A stretch of 32,000 nt of DNA from Candidatus Altimarinota bacterium (GCA_041659405.1 JBAZYK010000008.1:30001-62000), one strand, 5' to 3'. Numbered from the stretch's first letter, positions 8,385-19,139 are shown. Numbers and translations are program-made. The notes: a model not told the origin generated them from the letters alone.

Positions 8385-11036
8385 CTACGCCGTCTTCGCA
8401 GTTTTTCTTGCTCTTGGCACCTTTACAGGCTTAACCATCGCCGCTTCAGAAACTTCCGCGCCAGCCTTTTCCAGCTCAATCTTGTCATCCTTCTTAACGA
8501 TTTTAATGGTATCTCCTTCGGCAAACTCGTTATCCAGGAATTTTTGAGTGAGTTGATCTTCAATCAATTCCTGAACCTTACGGCGCACCGGACGAGCCCC
8601 ATATTGAGGATCGTAGCTTAGTTTAGCCATAAGTTCCAAAGCATCCGGAGTAAGTTCCAAAGTTAAGCGCTTGCTCTTCAAGCGTTCCTGCAACGTATTG
8701 ATATGCAATTTTACAATTTCTTTAATGTTTTCATGAGTCAAAGCCCTAAATACCACTGTTTTATCCAAACGATTCAAGAATTCCGGGCGGAAATGATCTT
8801 TTAATTCTGCCAGAACGTCGCTCTTTAAAGCCTCGTAATCCTGTTCCGCAGCTAGCAGCTCTTCTTTTTGCAAATGGAACCCAATAGCGCCGGCCTTGTC
8901 GGTTAGTTTTTTAGCACCAATATTGGAAGTAAGAACGATAATTGTATTTTTAAAATCGATGGCACGGCCCTTGCTGTCGGTCAATTTTCCATCTTCCAAA
9001 ATTTGGAGAAGTAGGTTGAAGACATCCGGATGTGCCTTTTCAATTTCATCAAAAAGCACAACGGCATAAGGTTTTCTACGAACAGCTTCGGTCAATTGGC
9101 CGCCATCTTCGTAACCAACATATCCTGCAGTCGTTCCAACCAAACGGGAAGTATTGTGACGTTCCATGAATTCACTCATATCAATCTTAATGAGCGCTTC
9201 TTTGTCGTTATAAACTTCCTGCGCAATGGCTTTTACCAATTCGGTTTTACCAACACCGGTTGGCCCCATAAACAGGAAAGATCCAATTGGACGATTCTGA
9301 TCGGCAAAGCCGGCACGTGATCTGCGGATAGCTTTTGCCACAAAAGAAACGGCTTCATCCTGACCAATAATCCTTTTCTTAAAAGCAGCCTCCAGGTTGA
9401 CCAGATTTTCCACATCTTCTTTAACCAAACGGGTTATTGGCACGCCGGTCATATTGGAAACAACTCTGGCAATATCATCTTCATACACTCGTTCACGTTT
9501 GTCGCGTGGAAGTTTAACGGTTTTGCTGTTTTCAATTTCCTTCAAAAGTTCCAACTCGCGGTTCCTAAGTTCCGCAGCATATTCATAGTTTTGAGTCGCC
9601 ACAGACTCTTCTTTTTCTTTAATGATTTTACTTAATTCCTTTTGTAATTTGCGGATTTTATCCATATTTCCCTTGGTTTTGATTCGTTTGATCGCCGAAG
9701 CTTCATCAACCAAATCGATGGCTTTATCAGGCAAGAAACGGTCATTGATATAACGCTTGGCAAGATCAACCGCCGCCTTTAAAGCCTCGTCGGTGATCAC
9801 CAAATTGTGATGCTCTTCCAGGCCTTCACGCAGCCCTTTTAAGATTTCCAAACTGTCTTCAAGATTAGGTTCACCAACAATAATTGGCTGAAATCTGCGC
9901 TCTAAAGCCGCATCAGCTTCAATATGTTTGCGATATTCATTGGTCGTGGTAGCACCAATTACCTGAACTCGTCCACGTGAAAGAGCCGGTTTTAAAATGT
10001 TTGCGGCATCCAGACTTCCTTCGGCTGAACCTGCGCCAACCACAGTGTGAAGTTCATCAATAAACAAAATTACATTATTTTGAGAAGCCGCTTCATCGAT
10101 GATTTGTTTAATGCGTTCTTCAAATTCACCACGATATTTGGTTCCGGCCACAACCGAAGTCATGGAAAGAGCCAAAATTCGCTTATCTAACATATTATCC
10201 GGAACTTGTTCGTTTACAATGGCCTGGGCAAGTCCTTCGGCAATGGCTGTCTTACCAACGCCCGGTTCACCAATCAAAACCGGATTATTCTTGGTTTTTC
10301 GGCAAAGAATACTAACCGCACGTTCAATTTCCTTATGGCGTCCAATCACCGGGCCTAATTTACCTTTTCTCGCATCTGCAACAAGATCGGTCGTAAAATA
10401 ATCGAGCGCCGGTGTCTTGGAAGGACGTTCCTGGTGCTCATCTTTTTTGTCTTTCTTATAAGGAGACTGGTCTTTTTCCATATTGCCAACCAAAACCCCA
10501 TGAAGTCCGCTCAAAAAGAATTCAATTGGGTTCATGCCGGGGCCGGGTTGACCTGCCGGTCCATGTTGATGGGAATCCTTGGCCTTTTCAAAGGTCTGAA
10601 TAATTTGTTCTTTAATATCCTGAGGATTGATCTTCATGTTTTCCAAAATAACCGTAGCAGCCGTGTTTTCCTGAGAAACAAGCGCATACAAAAGGTGCTC
10701 TGTTCCCACATAACCATGGTTAAATTCATGCGCGGAACGAACGGCATCTTCAATCACTTTCTTGGCAAAACCACTTAAACCGCCCCAACCTCTTTGTGAA
10801 GTACTTGGAGTTGGATTCATGCGTCCCACAGTCTTTAAAACCAGGTTCACATTTTCCAAAGATACGCCAAAATTCAAAAGAATTGAGCAGCCAAGTGAAT
10901 TTTCTTGGGCTAGAATTCCAATCAGAACATGTTCCGTTCCAACATAATTCAATTTTGCATCGCGGGCCTTTTCCTGTGCAACAATCAAAGCCTGCTTTGC
11001 CTCCTTCGTGAATTTTTCGAATCGATTATCGCTCAT
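8385..11036 (-). CDS. clpC: ATP-dependent Clp protease ATP-binding subunit ClpC (Clp/HSP100)
   Basis: Clp N-domain repeats, Walker A motifs [15 protein letters not shown] and [15 protein letters not shown], internal UVR-like segment, Walker [13 protein letters not shown]-terminal ClpB D2-small-type domain. Confidence 0.96.
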   Translation of the reverse strand: MSDNRFEKFTKEAKQALIVAQEKARDAKLNYVGTEHVLIGILAQENSLGCSILLNFGVSLENVNLVLKTVGRMNPTPSTSQRGWGGLSGFAKKVIEDAVRSAHEFNHGYVGTEHLLYALVSQENTAATVILENMKINPQDIKEQIIQTFEKAKDSHQHGPAGQPGPGMNPIEFFLSGLHGVLVGNMEKDQSPYKKDKKDEHQERPSKTPALDYFTTDLVADARKGKLGPVIGRHKEIERAVSILCRKTKNNPVLIGEPGVGKTAIAEGLAQAIVNEQVPDNMLDKRILALSMTSVVAGTKYRGEFEERIKQIIDEAASQNNVILFIDELHTVVGAGSAEGSLDAANILKPALSRGRVQVIGATTTNEYRKHIEADAALERRFQPIIVGEPNLEDSLEILKGLREGLEEHHNLVITDEALKAAVDLAKRYINDRFLPDKAIDLVDEASAIKRIKTKGNMDKIRKLQKELSKIIKEKEESVATQNYEYAAELRNRELELLKEIENSKTVKLPRDKRERVYEDDIARVVSNMTGVPITRLVKEDVENLVNLEAAFKKRIIGQDEAVSFVAKAIRRSRAGFADQNRPIGSFLFMGPTGVGKTELVKAIAQEVYNDKEALIKIDMSEFMERHNTSRLVGTTAGYVGYEDGGQLTEAVRRKPYAVVLFDEIEKAHPDVFNLLLQILEDGKLTDSKGRAIDFKNTIIVLTSNIGAKKLTDKAGAIGFHLQKEELLAAEQDYEALKSDVLAELKDHFRPEFLNRLDKTVVFRALTHENIKEIVKLHINTLQERLKSKRLTLELTPDALELMAKLSYDPQYGARPVRRKVQELIEDQLTQKFLDNEFAEGDTIKIVKKDDKIELEKAGAEVSEAAMVKPVKVPRARKTAKTA

Positions 11037-11074
11037 AAAATTTATAGGATTAATTATTTATTTTTCGTTTACTC

Positions 11075-11083
11075 ATTATAGCA
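11075..11083 (-). promoter_or_regulatory. Putative extended -10 element for clpC
   Basis: Minus strand TGCTATAAT about 39 nt upstream of the ATG at 11036. Confidence 0.5.
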
Positions 11084-11192
11084 CAACTCATTGCCGGAAT
11101 TAAGCTCTATCAAGGGCGAAATTCATTATTCGGCTTTACGGAAAAGCCTTTTATTTTGTGGCCAAAAATTGTTCAAAACTAATTAGCAGTCA

Positions 11193-12128
11193 TTATTGTT
11201 GAGTAACGCCGGGTTGAGCAGGCGGTACAGGTTGAATCGGGGGAGCTCCAACCTGAAAAGAAGCAATCATTTCATAAAAAAGCTTCTGGGCATCCGTGAA
11301 CTGATCATCGGGGATTGCCTGGGTGTTAAAAGTAATATGGAAAAATTTTGGTGCGTCATTCACATAAAAATCAACAATTTTGCCTGTAGCATCAGTCTTT
11401 TTATAAGCGACCAAACTATTGGTTCCAATTTTGCTTTGAACAAGGCCTGCTGTTAAAAGCTCGGTTGGACTCGGATTTTCATTCTTCAAACTGAGTGAAG
11501 CTATAAAATCTTTTTGGGTCTTAACCGGCAGAAGAGTTATCTTAACGCTATATCCACTTTGTCCCTGTTGAGTCTTGACCTGAGTTTGTTGCGTTGTGGC
11601 CTGAGTACCGGAAACAACCTCTACCGGATTCCAAAGCAAAACCCCATTTTCACCATTTGGCGCATCTTTAACCTCAAAATCATTTCTATATTTTATTCCA
11701 AAGCCAAGTCCGGGATTATTATAATCTTTCCAGTTTAAAGCTTCTAAAGGTTGGGTTGTTATAGCACCCGCCAAAACATCAATATTTGCAACTTCCATCA
11801 ATTGCTTTCCGTCACTGGCATAATCGGAAAATCCACTTACTTCCACTCGCTTATTTTTATACTTGGGATCATCAAGATTGATTTTTGTACTATTAAGCAA
11901 AATCGTACTGCCGTCATCCAAAGTAAGAATATTTGTGCCTTTAACATGCGGAACATTGCCAATTGAGCTTACCGATCCAATTCGTCTGTCCAAAGGGTGC
12001 GAACTTAAAGCCTTGTCGGTACCGGAAGACTTTTGGCAGGCCGTCATCATCAAAAAAATACTGCTTAAAAATAAAACCCCGATAGCATTTATATAGCCGG
12101 CTGCACGTGTGTTTACTTTAAATTTCAT
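11193..12128 (-). CDS. Hypothetical lipoprotein
   Basis: N-terminal hydrophobic segment then lipobox-like MMTAC (IFLMMTACQKS); extracellular-type sequence; C-terminal VGAPPIQPVPPAQPG. Confidence 0.65.
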   Translation of the reverse strand: MKFKVNTRAAGYINAIGVLFLSSIFLMMTACQKSSGTDKALSSHPLDRRIGSVSSIGNVPHVKGTNILTLDDGSTILLNSTKINLDDPKYKNKRVEVSGFSDYASDGKQLMEVANIDVLAGAITTQPLEALNWKDYNNPGLGFGIKYRNDFEVKDAPNGENGVLLWNPVEVVSGTQATTQQTQVKTQQGQSGYSVKITLLPVKTQKDFIASLSLKNENPSPTELLTAGLVQSKIGTNSLVAYKKTDATGKIVDFYVNDAPKFFHITFNTQAIPDDQFTDAQKLFYEMIASFQVGAPPIQPVPPAQPGVTQQ

Positions 12129-12136
12129 ATTGGTTT

Positions 12137-13147
12137 TTAAGAATTTAGATGCTGTTTACCTTTAAGAGTAATGATTCGACCCTTTGGAGTGCGCTCCAGA
12201 AAGCCAAGTTTTATTAAGTATGGTTCGTAAATATTCTCCACGGTTTCTTCTTCTTCCGATGTGGCAGCGGCAATCGTATTCAAACCAACCGGGCCACCAT
12301 GGAATTTGTCCACAATGGTTCTCATAATCTCGCGATCGGTTTTATCTAAGCCTAAAGAGTCAATCGCCAGCGATTCCAGAGTTTCATCAACAATCCCATT
12401 ATCGATTTTAGCTTTATCACTAATTTGAGCCATATCCCGGACTCGTTTTAAAAGACGATTGGCAATACGTGGGGTTTGACGTGAAGAAAAGGCCAATTTT
12501 TCCGCAGCACTTTCTTCGATTTCACATTCCAGAATTTTTGATGATCTCTGAATAATTTGTTGAATGTGGCCATGGTTATAAAAATCCAGCCTGAAAAGAG
12601 CTCCAAAACGATCTCTTAACGGTGAAGAAATCATATTCATCTTGGTGGTTGCGCCAATCAAAGTAAATTTTGGCAATTTCAAGCGCATTGAACGCGCGGA
12701 TGGACCTTTTCCAATAATCAAATCCAGCCCAAAATCTTCCATGGCCGTATATAAAACCTCTTCCACAACCGGTCTTAAACGATGAATTTCATCTATAAAC
12801 AAAATATCCCGATCCCGTAAATTTGTGATGATTGAGGCCAAATCACCCTGTTTTTCCAGAGCCGGACCGGAAGTGATTTTAATATTAACTCCCATTTCAT
12901 GCGCAATGATATTCGCTAAAGTTGTCTTGCCCAGACCCGGAGGTCCATGCAACAACACGTGCTCAAGCGCTTCGTCACGTTTTTGGGCAGCCTTTATAAA
13001 AACCCCCAGATTCTTTTTGATTTCATCCTGTCCAATGTAATCCTTTAAAGACTGTGGACGTAGGGTGATTTCCTGAACATCTGCTTCATCTTTGGTCTTA
13101 TTTGCCGATAACATTTCTGTGGTTTTCGGTTTGTCGCGTTCGATCAT
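12137..13147 (-). CDS. ruvB: Holliday junction branch migration DNA helicase RuvB
   Basis: [81 protein letters not shown] at 13114 is an alternative start. Confidence 0.97.
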   Translation of the reverse strand: MIERDKPKTTEMLSANKTKDEADVQEITLRPQSLKDYIGQDEIKKNLGVFIKAAQKRDEALEHVLLHGPPGLGKTTLANIIAHEMGVNIKITSGPALEKQGDLASIITNLRDRDILFIDEIHRLRPVVEEVLYTAMEDFGLDLIIGKGPSARSMRLKLPKFTLIGATTKMNMISSPLRDRFGALFRLDFYNHGHIQQIIQRSSKILECEIEESAAEKLAFSSRQTPRIANRLLKRVRDMAQISDKAKIDNGIVDETLESLAIDSLGLDKTDREIMRTIVDKFHGGPVGLNTIAAATSEEEETVENIYEPYLIKLGFLERTPKGRIITLKGKQHLNS

Positions 13148-13643
13148 AAGAAACAGAAGATTCTAAATTTCCCTTTTCTATTTTAGACGGTTTTATCTGA
13201 AGGTGGTAGATGAAATTTTTAATACCGTCAGGATCATTTGCATCATCAAATATAATCGACACACTTGCCGAAGCCGTTTCCACTTTGAATAATCCATAAT
13301 TAAACATCCCAAATCTGGAAAGGATACCTTTCTCCTTAGTTTCAATATCTTGGATAAATTCAAATTCCGCCTCTGATTCCTCACGCAAAAAGAGGGTGAT
13401 CCAATTAACATAAACTATGCGCCTGCTGGTTACAATCAACTTATCCAAATAATAAATAAGCGCGTCATGTGCAATTATCAGAGCAAAAATAGCCGCGATA
13501 GCCGCAAAAACCGCAAACATTGCAAACGGGGACAAGACACTTTGAAAAAAACTGGCTACAAAAAAGAAAGGCAAACTCACGATTGCAATTTTAAATCCTC
13601 TAATTACGGCAGGTAAAGGATGATGATAAAAAACCTTGATCAT
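13098..13643 (-). CDS. Membrane protein with bacterial PH-like domain
   Basis: Two TM segments, then a YdbS/YdbT-like stretch ([25 protein letters not shown]...[24 protein letters not shown]). The 3' end overlaps the ruvB start. Start at 13643 is preceded by GGAGATGG; the ORF track starts at 13667. Confidence 0.55.
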   Translation of the reverse strand: MIKVFYHHPLPAVIRGFKIAIVSLPFFFVASFFQSVLSPFAMFAVFAAIAAIFALIIAHDALIYYLDKLIVTSRRIVYVNWITLFLREESEAEFEFIQDIETKEKGILSRFGMFNYGLFKVETASASVSIIFDDANDPDGIKNFIYHLQIKPSKIEKGNLESSVSYDRTRQTENHRNVIGK

Positions 13644-13689
13644 ACATTCGCCATCTCCAAGACGCATAAACTTGAATTATTAATTATAA

Positions 13690-13766
13690 TGGTGCGCCCG
13701 GGCCGATTCGAACGGCCGACCCACAGCTTAGAAGGCTGTTGCTCTATCCATCTGAGCTACGGGCGC
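13690..13766 (-). tRNA. tRNA-Arg (anticodon UCU), encoded CCA
   Basis: Minus strand: GCGCCCG TA GCTC AGATGGATAGA GC A ACAGC CTTCTAA GCTGT GGGTC GGCCG TTCGAAT CGGCC CGGGCGC A CCA; full cloverleaf. Confidence 0.96.
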
Positions 13767-13866
13767 AAAGTTTACAGAATACTGCAAACAGGAGGCATTT
13801 TAATATAAATAACGCTTATCAGCAATATGAGCTTTAATTAAACTCGCGGCATCGACTATAGACTTA

Positions 13867-15939
13867 CTAGCCATTTGCCTCTGCAAAGTAGGACTTGGCC
13901 TGGGTGTCTGTAACAAAAAGAGTCGGACTATACTTGCTTTGACCGTTCAATTTCATCACAACAAAGCGATAAATCAAGTCAGCCACCTCGCCACGGGTCA
14001 TGCCCTCTTCAGGGTGAAAGTAATTTGAAGTGTTATCAATCAGATTAGCCTCTTTGGCAGCCAAAACCAGGGGAGCATACCAGGCATCTTTTTTAACATC
14101 GGTATATACATCCTGGGCAACTTCAGTTGGAGGAGTTACATCCATAGTGGAAAAGAGCATCTTTAAAAATTCAGCTCTGTTTACCGTCTGTGAAGGCTTA
14201 AAGGTTTTGTTGTTGTAACCTGCAACAATGTTTTGGTCGTAAGCGGTTGAGACATAATCGGCATACCAGGCCGAATTGCTTGTATCTTTAAACGGCAGTT
14301 TTGTTGTAGCCAGTAATTTTTGATTGGCCCCTTTTAAAATAAACTTTAAAGCTTCAACTCTGCTAACAATGCCATTTGGTTTGAAACTTTTATCAGGATA
14401 ACCATCAATTACGCTGTAGTTTTTCAAAAAACCAATTGCTTTAAATGATTTGTCATTCGCGGAAACATCGGTAAAAATTGAAGATTGCATAACCGGAGTT
14501 AAGGCCGTAATTTGGCCATCCGTAGCCTTAAATCGTAAACCATAATCGCCCGTTGGAGTAACTGCGAATTTAACAGTTCCACCTAAAATTTCCGATGTTG
14601 AAAAATAGCTTTTTTCTATTGTGGCACTGCCCAAATCAATAGAAAGAGCCACACCTTTTGGTGGTTGATAATTGCTTACCAAATTTCCATTTTGATCAAC
14701 GGCCTGTAATAGAATAACTTTTGGAGTTCCAATAACAAAAGAATCATCAGTTATGAATTTAAAGCTGGAAGCAACGGTTGCCGGCGAAGTGCTTGCCGCA
14801 GAAGTTGTAGCTGTTTCAGTGACGGAGGATTGCTGATTTGACGACGTTGTGGCTGCCCCGGAATCTGTACCGCTTGGGGTTGAAGAATTAGTTTGCGTGC
14901 TTGTAGTTGTAGTTGTGGTAGTTGCGGAAGTTGTTGCCGGAGTCGTGGGAGCCGTTGTTGTAGTATTTGTTGGATTCGCCGTTGTGGTAGAAGTTGTGGT
15001 TGTGGTGCTATTCTCTGAAGTAGCCGCCGAGCTGGTAGTCGTCGTAGTTATTGAACTACTCGCGGTTGCAGGCAAATTTGTCATGTTTAAATATTTCTGT
15101 ACGTAAAGCATTGGGTTAACGGTTGTTGCCAAAGCTTTGTCTTTCCCCAAACCGGAATTAATAGCTCCGTTAAAATCAAGACCAACGGCAGCAGCCTCCT
15201 GGTAAGTAAATGGCCAATATGGGTGCCATGGAGCCTGATCGTTATCGATCTGAAAATGAAGATGTGGAGTGGATGCAAGTCCCGTATGGCCAACATAACC
15301 TATCAATTGCCCCTTGGTAACAACATCGCCTTCACTTATTACAACGTTGCTCATATGAGCATAATTTGAATAGTAAGTTGTGCGAACATTGGCATCATTA
15401 AAAGATGGGAAATTGTCATGTTTAATAACTACATGGTTTCCAAAACCACTGGCCTGAAAAGCAACTTTTACCACAACGCCATTTCCAATTGCATAAACCG
15501 GTGTTAATTCCGGAACTTTAATGTCGACAGCCAAATGACTACCGGCATTTTCAAGTCCATCCAGTTTATAATCGCCCATGTAAGGCGTACTGAAAGTTAT
15601 TTTCGCATTACGAATAGCTTTGTCTGCGGCATTAGACCAAGATAATTGTGCAGTTGAAGTACTTAAAACACTTGCATCATAAACAGGCAAACTAATTATT
15701 TTAGTAGTCGGAATCTGCGGATAGGCCACTCTGTATTGATCCGAAGTTAAAGCAACCCAATCCGGAGCATTTAAAATCGGCAATGCCAATCCATCATAAG
15801 GCGGAGCTTGTCTTGTTGGGATAACGCTTGTCTGAAACTCGAAGGCATTTTTGCCAACCATAAAGACGGCACTTGCCAGGAAAAGCAGCACGAATACCCA
15901 ATCTTTAACTGTAATTTTTTTGTGTGGAGTATTTTTCAT
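13867..15939 (-). CDS. Secreted/membrane-anchored M23-family peptidase with Thr/Ser-rich linker and C-terminal SLH modules
   Basis: N-terminal TM. M23-like core (GSHLAVDIKVPELTPVYAIGNGVVVKVA...GFGNHVVIKHD...YAHMSNVVISEGDVVTKGQLIGYVGHTGLASTPHLHFQI). SLH-type repeats (AIGFLKNYSVIDGYPDKSFKPNGIVSRVEALKFIL; WYADYVSTAYDQNIVAGYNNKTFKPSQTVNRAEFLKML; WYAPLVLAAKEANLIDNTSNYFHPEEGMTRGEVADLIYRFV). Confidence 0.9.
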   Translation of the reverse strand: MKNTPHKKITVKDWVFVLLFLASAVFMVGKNAFEFQTSVIPTRQAPPYDGLALPILNAPDWVALTSDQYRVAYPQIPTTKIISLPVYDASVLSTSTAQLSWSNAADKAIRNAKITFSTPYMGDYKLDGLENAGSHLAVDIKVPELTPVYAIGNGVVVKVAFQASGFGNHVVIKHDNFPSFNDANVRTTYYSNYAHMSNVVISEGDVVTKGQLIGYVGHTGLASTPHLHFQIDNDQAPWHPYWPFTYQEAAAVGLDFNGAINSGLGKDKALATTVNPMLYVQKYLNMTNLPATASSSITTTTTSSAATSENSTTTTTSTTTANPTNTTTTAPTTPATTSATTTTTTTSTQTNSSTPSGTDSGAATTSSNQQSSVTETATTSAASTSPATVASSFKFITDDSFVIGTPKVILLQAVDQNGNLVSNYQPPKGVALSIDLGSATIEKSYFSTSEILGGTVKFAVTPTGDYGLRFKATDGQITALTPVMQSSIFTDVSANDKSFKAIGFLKNYSVIDGYPDKSFKPNGIVSRVEALKFILKGANQKLLATTKLPFKDTSNSAWYADYVSTAYDQNIVAGYNNKTFKPSQTVNRAEFLKMLFSTMDVTPPTEVAQDVYTDVKKDAWYAPLVLAAKEANLIDNTSNYFHPEEGMTRGEVADLIYRFVVMKLNGQSKYSPTLFVTDTQAKSYFAEANG
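14766..15084 (-). repeat. Low-complexity Thr/Ser codon tract inside the M23-SLH gene
   Basis: Encodes TTTTTT/TTTTTTT-rich sequence using imperfect ACT/ACC/ACA repeats. Confidence 0.8.
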
Positions 15940-16031
15940 ATTTGTTTTAGTTTTAGATATCCCTTTATTTTATCAAAAAAAAGCCATAAAATCAACGTAT
16001 CAGGTGCATTTTCTTTTCAAATCGAACTTTA

Positions 16032-16487
16032 ATGGATCAATTTACCTCACATTCGGCGCAAAAAACCAAGGAATTTGCAGCTAAAATAGCAAAAGAAAGC
16101 CAAAAGCCATTAGTTATTTGTCTATATGGCGATCTGGGGAGTGGGAAAACAGTTTTCAGCAAAGGTTTTGCGCTTGGTCTGGGGATTCCGGAAAAACAAA
16201 TTAAAAGTCCAACATATACCTTTGTCCGTTCGTACAAGATTGATGGAAGTGCACGCAAAGCGCCTAAAACCCTCTTTCACTTCGATTTTTATCGCATCAG
16301 TGAGGCGGATGACTTAATGGCCCAGGACTTGGAAGAAATCTTTGAAAAGAAAAATACTCATATCATTATTGAATGGCCGGAAAGAGTTCAAAAATTATTA
16401 CCGCAAGAACGTTTGGATATTTATTTTGAGTATAAAGATGAAAATACGCGCTTACTTAAGCTGAAAAATCATTATAAAAAAACATGA
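16032..16487 (+). CDS. tsaE: tRNA threonylcarbamoyladenosine biosynthesis ATPase TsaE (YjeE)
   Basis: Walker A LYGDLGSGKTVFSKGFALGLGI, KSPTYTFVRSY, FHFDFYRI, IIEWPERV. Confidence 0.93.
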   Translation: MDQFTSHSAQKTKEFAAKIAKESQKPLVICLYGDLGSGKTVFSKGFALGLGIPEKQIKSPTYTFVRSYKIDGSARKAPKTLFHFDFYRISEADDLMAQDLEEIFEKKNTHIIIEWPERVQKLLPQERLDIYFEYKDENTRLLKLKNHYKKT

Positions 16488-17125
16488 CCGAAGCCAAACT
16501 TGCCGAAATTATTAAGGAATATCGGGTTCCTTTCCACATCCTAAAACACATGAAGAAAGTGGCTGCCGTAGCCTTGTTTTTAGGGAAAAAACTCAAGGAC
16601 GAAGGTGCGGAAATCGATTTAATCTTTTTGCGTCAAGCCGCCTTGCTGCATGATTTTGTTAAAATTGCCGATTTCCCCAAAATAAATCTTGATTATTTTG
16701 AAGAGAAACCCTCTGCGGAGGATTTAAAGGTTTGGCAAAATATTATCGATCAGTGGCATTCGATTAAACATTGCTATGCCGCTTTCGAGATCCTTAAGGC
16801 TAAAAATGAAATCGCGCTCGGCACAATCATCAAAAAACACCGTTTTATTAGCTTGATTGACCCGGTGGCGGATGAAAGACCAAACACTTTAGAAGAAAAA
16901 ATCCTTTATTACGCCGATAAACGTGTTCGCCACGACCAAATCGTCACAATCACCGAAAGGCTCGAAGACGGCCAAAAACGCTACTTTACAGACGGCAACA
17001 TCCCCAAAACAGACGCCCTAGTAGAAAAATCCCTCTTCCTCCTAGAAAAAGACCTCCTAGAAAAAGCCAAACTAAAAACATCCGACATCAACGAAAAAAC
17101 CATAAACATCTATCTAGAAAAATAA
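16484..17125 (+). CDS. HD-domain protein (predicted phosphohydrolase)
   Basis: HILKHMKKVAAVALFLG ... LRQAALLHDFVKIAD ... HCYAAFEIL HD-superfamily pattern; start overlaps the tsaE stop by 4 nt (ATGA). Confidence 0.75.
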   Translation: MTEAKLAEIIKEYRVPFHILKHMKKVAAVALFLGKKLKDEGAEIDLIFLRQAALLHDFVKIADFPKINLDYFEEKPSAEDLKVWQNIIDQWHSIKHCYAAFEILKAKNEIALGTIIKKHRFISLIDPVADERPNTLEEKILYYADKRVRHDQIVTITERLEDGQKRYFTDGNIPKTDALVEKSLFLLEKDLLEKAKLKTSDINEKTINIYLEK

Positions 17126-17190
17126 AATCATATTAAAGCCCCCTGCGCCAAGAGCCCAGGGGGTGGATACTAAAACTAAACCAGTTAATA

Positions 17191-17378
17191 TTGCCCACAG
17201 TTTTATCAAGGTTTCCTGGAGGGGATGGCTTTTTGGCGACATATGCGAGCGCAGCCGTTCATGGCATCATGATGCCATGAACTTCGTGAGGGCGTACATG
17301 CTAGCCCGAACGAACGGGCGAAGCGTTCGCCAAAAAGCCATCCTCTCCAGGAAACTCAACTTAAGAAACTGTATGCAA
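17191..17378 (-). repeat. Structured repeat element, copy 1
   Basis: Bounded by TTGC...GCAA. 29-nt inverted arms 17211-17239/17327-17355 (28/29 complementary). 81-nt core 17226-17306 identical to copy 2. 26-bp perfect palindrome 17257-17282. Ends 5 nt from the minus-strand stop codon at 17384. Confidence 0.85.
17257..17282. repeat. 26-bp perfect palindrome in copy 1
   Basis: GTTCATGGCATCATGATGCCATGAAC equals its own reverse complement. Confidence 0.98.
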
Positions 17379-17383
17379 TACGC

Positions 17384-18895
17384 CTATTTTTTCAGCGCAG
17401 AAACCTGATTCATCGCAATGGTATCATTCAGATTTTCCCTGCGCTTATCCGCGATCAATCTTGCGGTGCGTTCACGCTGCCCAACCAAAGAATTAAGTCG
17501 TGCTCTGGTTAATTTTCCAAAAACCCCGGCTCCCATAGAAGAAGGTGTTCCGGCTAAACCTTGAATTTGCTGGAATTTAAAGACAGCATGGGCCGTCACA
17601 TCGCCATAAAATCCGGATGGTTCAATTGCTAAAAGATTCAGTCTTTTTAGTTCCTGCTGTAATTTTGTAACATTAGCTCCTTTGGAGCCAAGCTGCAAAT
17701 CACCATCAAAGGCATTGGCTACAACAATGGTATCACTGTTAATCTGTGTTAAAGCCGTATTCAACTTATCTGCCAAAATCTGCATGGTTTTAGGCCCAAA
17801 AAAGCCTGCGCCCTGATCTTCACGATTATCTATAATCTGGTTATCTTTCTGAAATTTAAAGATTGCTTCGACCGTTTTATTGTCAAAAACACCATTCACA
17901 TCAACATTATAGTTAAGACGTTTTAAGGCTGTTTGAAGCTTTTTAACTTCCGCGCCCTGATCGTCTTTACCTAAGCTGGTTTGAGGAAGATGATTTTTTA
18001 ATTTGGTTTGATGATCGGTTAGCGCGCTTTCAAGCTCTCGTCTGGATTGAGGGCCAAAGTATCCGGCACCAAAATCCAAAGGAGTATCAATAACTCCTGA
18101 GTCTATTTGGAACTGCATTAAGGCTTTTTGAGTAGAATCATCAAATTTTCCGGTAGGTTCGCTCTTATAATATCCTAGAGTTTTCATAGTAGATTGCATG
18201 CTTTTTACCGCATCACTCTGATCCCCAAACTCAAGGTCGTTTGAAAACAGGGCCGGTTTAGACTGGAATGCAGCCTGTACGAATTTTTCAGCCGCTGAGT
18301 AACCTTCCAAGTAAACCTCTTCTTTTAGATCCGGACGTTGACCATAGACTGTAACATCAACTGTTCTGCGGCCCCAATTTAAAGCTCTTTGAAGGCCGAC
18401 GTCTCCATAGCCCATCCAAACATCAAGGCGATCATAAGCCTGGTTTCGCACACCGGCATGAACAATGGCACCTCCGCGATCATGAACGGCCACTACTCCA
18501 ATTCCGGGAATTTTCATTTTTATACCAAAAGCATAACCAGATGGAGCGGCAATCATACCCGGATAAACAGGAGATCCATCCGCACCATGAACACCTCCAC
18601 CATTCAAGCGCACATCCCCGGCAAAAGAACCCGTTACATATTTGTTTTGATTAGCCAGAGGGGAATAGTAAGCGGAAATAATAAAAGTCTTATCATAAGG
18701 ATAAGCCGGCTTTGCAGGTTGGCTCAAATCTGCCGCCGCAGGTAATTGATCCTGCGTAGTAGCCTGCGTAGAAGCTTCAGCTTGCGTGCTTTGATCTCCG
18801 GCAAAGCTGATGCCCGGCTCCAGCGCGATTAAAGAAGCACAAAGCATAATGAACCACGTCGAAATCTTAATTTTGTTTGTTTGTTTATTTTTCAT
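17384..18895 (-). CDS. Secreted protein with 3D domain and C-terminal peptidoglycan-binding repeats
   Basis: Signal peptide (FIMLCASLIALEPGISFA). 3D-like region (GIKMKIPGIGVVAVHDRGGAI...YDRLDVWMGYGDVGLQRALNWGRRTVDV). PG_binding_1-like repeats (LEFGDQSDAVKSMQSTMKTLGYY...FDDSTQKALMQFQ; GAEVKKLQTALKRLNYNVDVNGVFDNKTVEAIFKFQ; GANVTKLQQELKRLNLL...FYGDVTAHAVFKFQ). Confidence 0.88.
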   Translation of the reverse strand: MKNKQTNKIKISTWFIMLCASLIALEPGISFAGDQSTQAEASTQATTQDQLPAAADLSQPAKPAYPYDKTFIISAYYSPLANQNKYVTGSFAGDVRLNGGGVHGADGSPVYPGMIAAPSGYAFGIKMKIPGIGVVAVHDRGGAIVHAGVRNQAYDRLDVWMGYGDVGLQRALNWGRRTVDVTVYGQRPDLKEEVYLEGYSAAEKFVQAAFQSKPALFSNDLEFGDQSDAVKSMQSTMKTLGYYKSEPTGKFDDSTQKALMQFQIDSGVIDTPLDFGAGYFGPQSRRELESALTDHQTKLKNHLPQTSLGKDDQGAEVKKLQTALKRLNYNVDVNGVFDNKTVEAIFKFQKDNQIIDNREDQGAGFFGPKTMQILADKLNTALTQINSDTIVVANAFDGDLQLGSKGANVTKLQQELKRLNLLAIEPSGFYGDVTAHAVFKFQQIQGLAGTPSSMGAGVFGKLTRARLNSLVGQRERTARLIADKRRENLNDTIAMNQVSALKK

Positions 18896-18967
18896 ATTAA
18901 TTTTTGTTTGAGTTTATTTTTCTTTTTGGTCCTTTTTTGCCGCCCTTATTTTTAAGGCGATCAGACC

Positions 18968-18973
18968 ATTATA
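18968..18973 (-). promoter_or_regulatory. Candidate -10 box upstream of the 3D/PG-binding gene
   Basis: Minus strand TATAAT about 73 nt upstream of the ATG at 18895; weak -35. Confidence 0.35.
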
Positions 18974-19139
18974 TCATCTAAAAAACCCATAAACAGCAAA
19001 ATATATTGCCAAAAAGCCCCATTATTGTTTGCCTCCAGGGAACGAAAAACCCCAAAAAAGCAAAAACTCACCAAAAAATCAGAAAATTCCTTTAGCAGCC
19101 GGGCTCAATACCCAAGCAAAAACCCAAAAAAATCCGCAA

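Noticed and set aside
11133-11150. Hairpin-like GGCTTT-acgga-AAAGCC with trailing T-rich sequence (+)
   Set aside because: The T-tract is on the plus strand, where no upstream gene is transcribed, so it does not fit as the clpC-upstream terminator.
14849-15106. 85-aa ORF (+) with Val-rich repeats antisense to the M23-SLH gene
   Set aside because: It is the antisense shadow of Thr/Ser codon repeats in a well-supported minus-strand gene.
17139-17163. Hairpin CCCCCTG-N11-CAGGGGG after the HD gene
   Set aside because: Good stem, but no following T-tract on either strand, so not called as a terminator. It may simply be a transcript-stabilising hairpin.
17189-17382. TA target-site duplication around copy 1 (TA|TTGC...GCAA|TA)
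   Set aside because: Copy 2 has no matching duplication (AA and CT flanks), and a 2-bp match is easily chance.
17163-17408. ORF of 81 aa (+) across repeat copy 1, and the similar 66-aa ORF at 19029-19229 entering copy 2
   Set aside because: The shared peptide stretch arises from the repeated palindromic DNA and the rest shows no conservation. Treated as non-coding.
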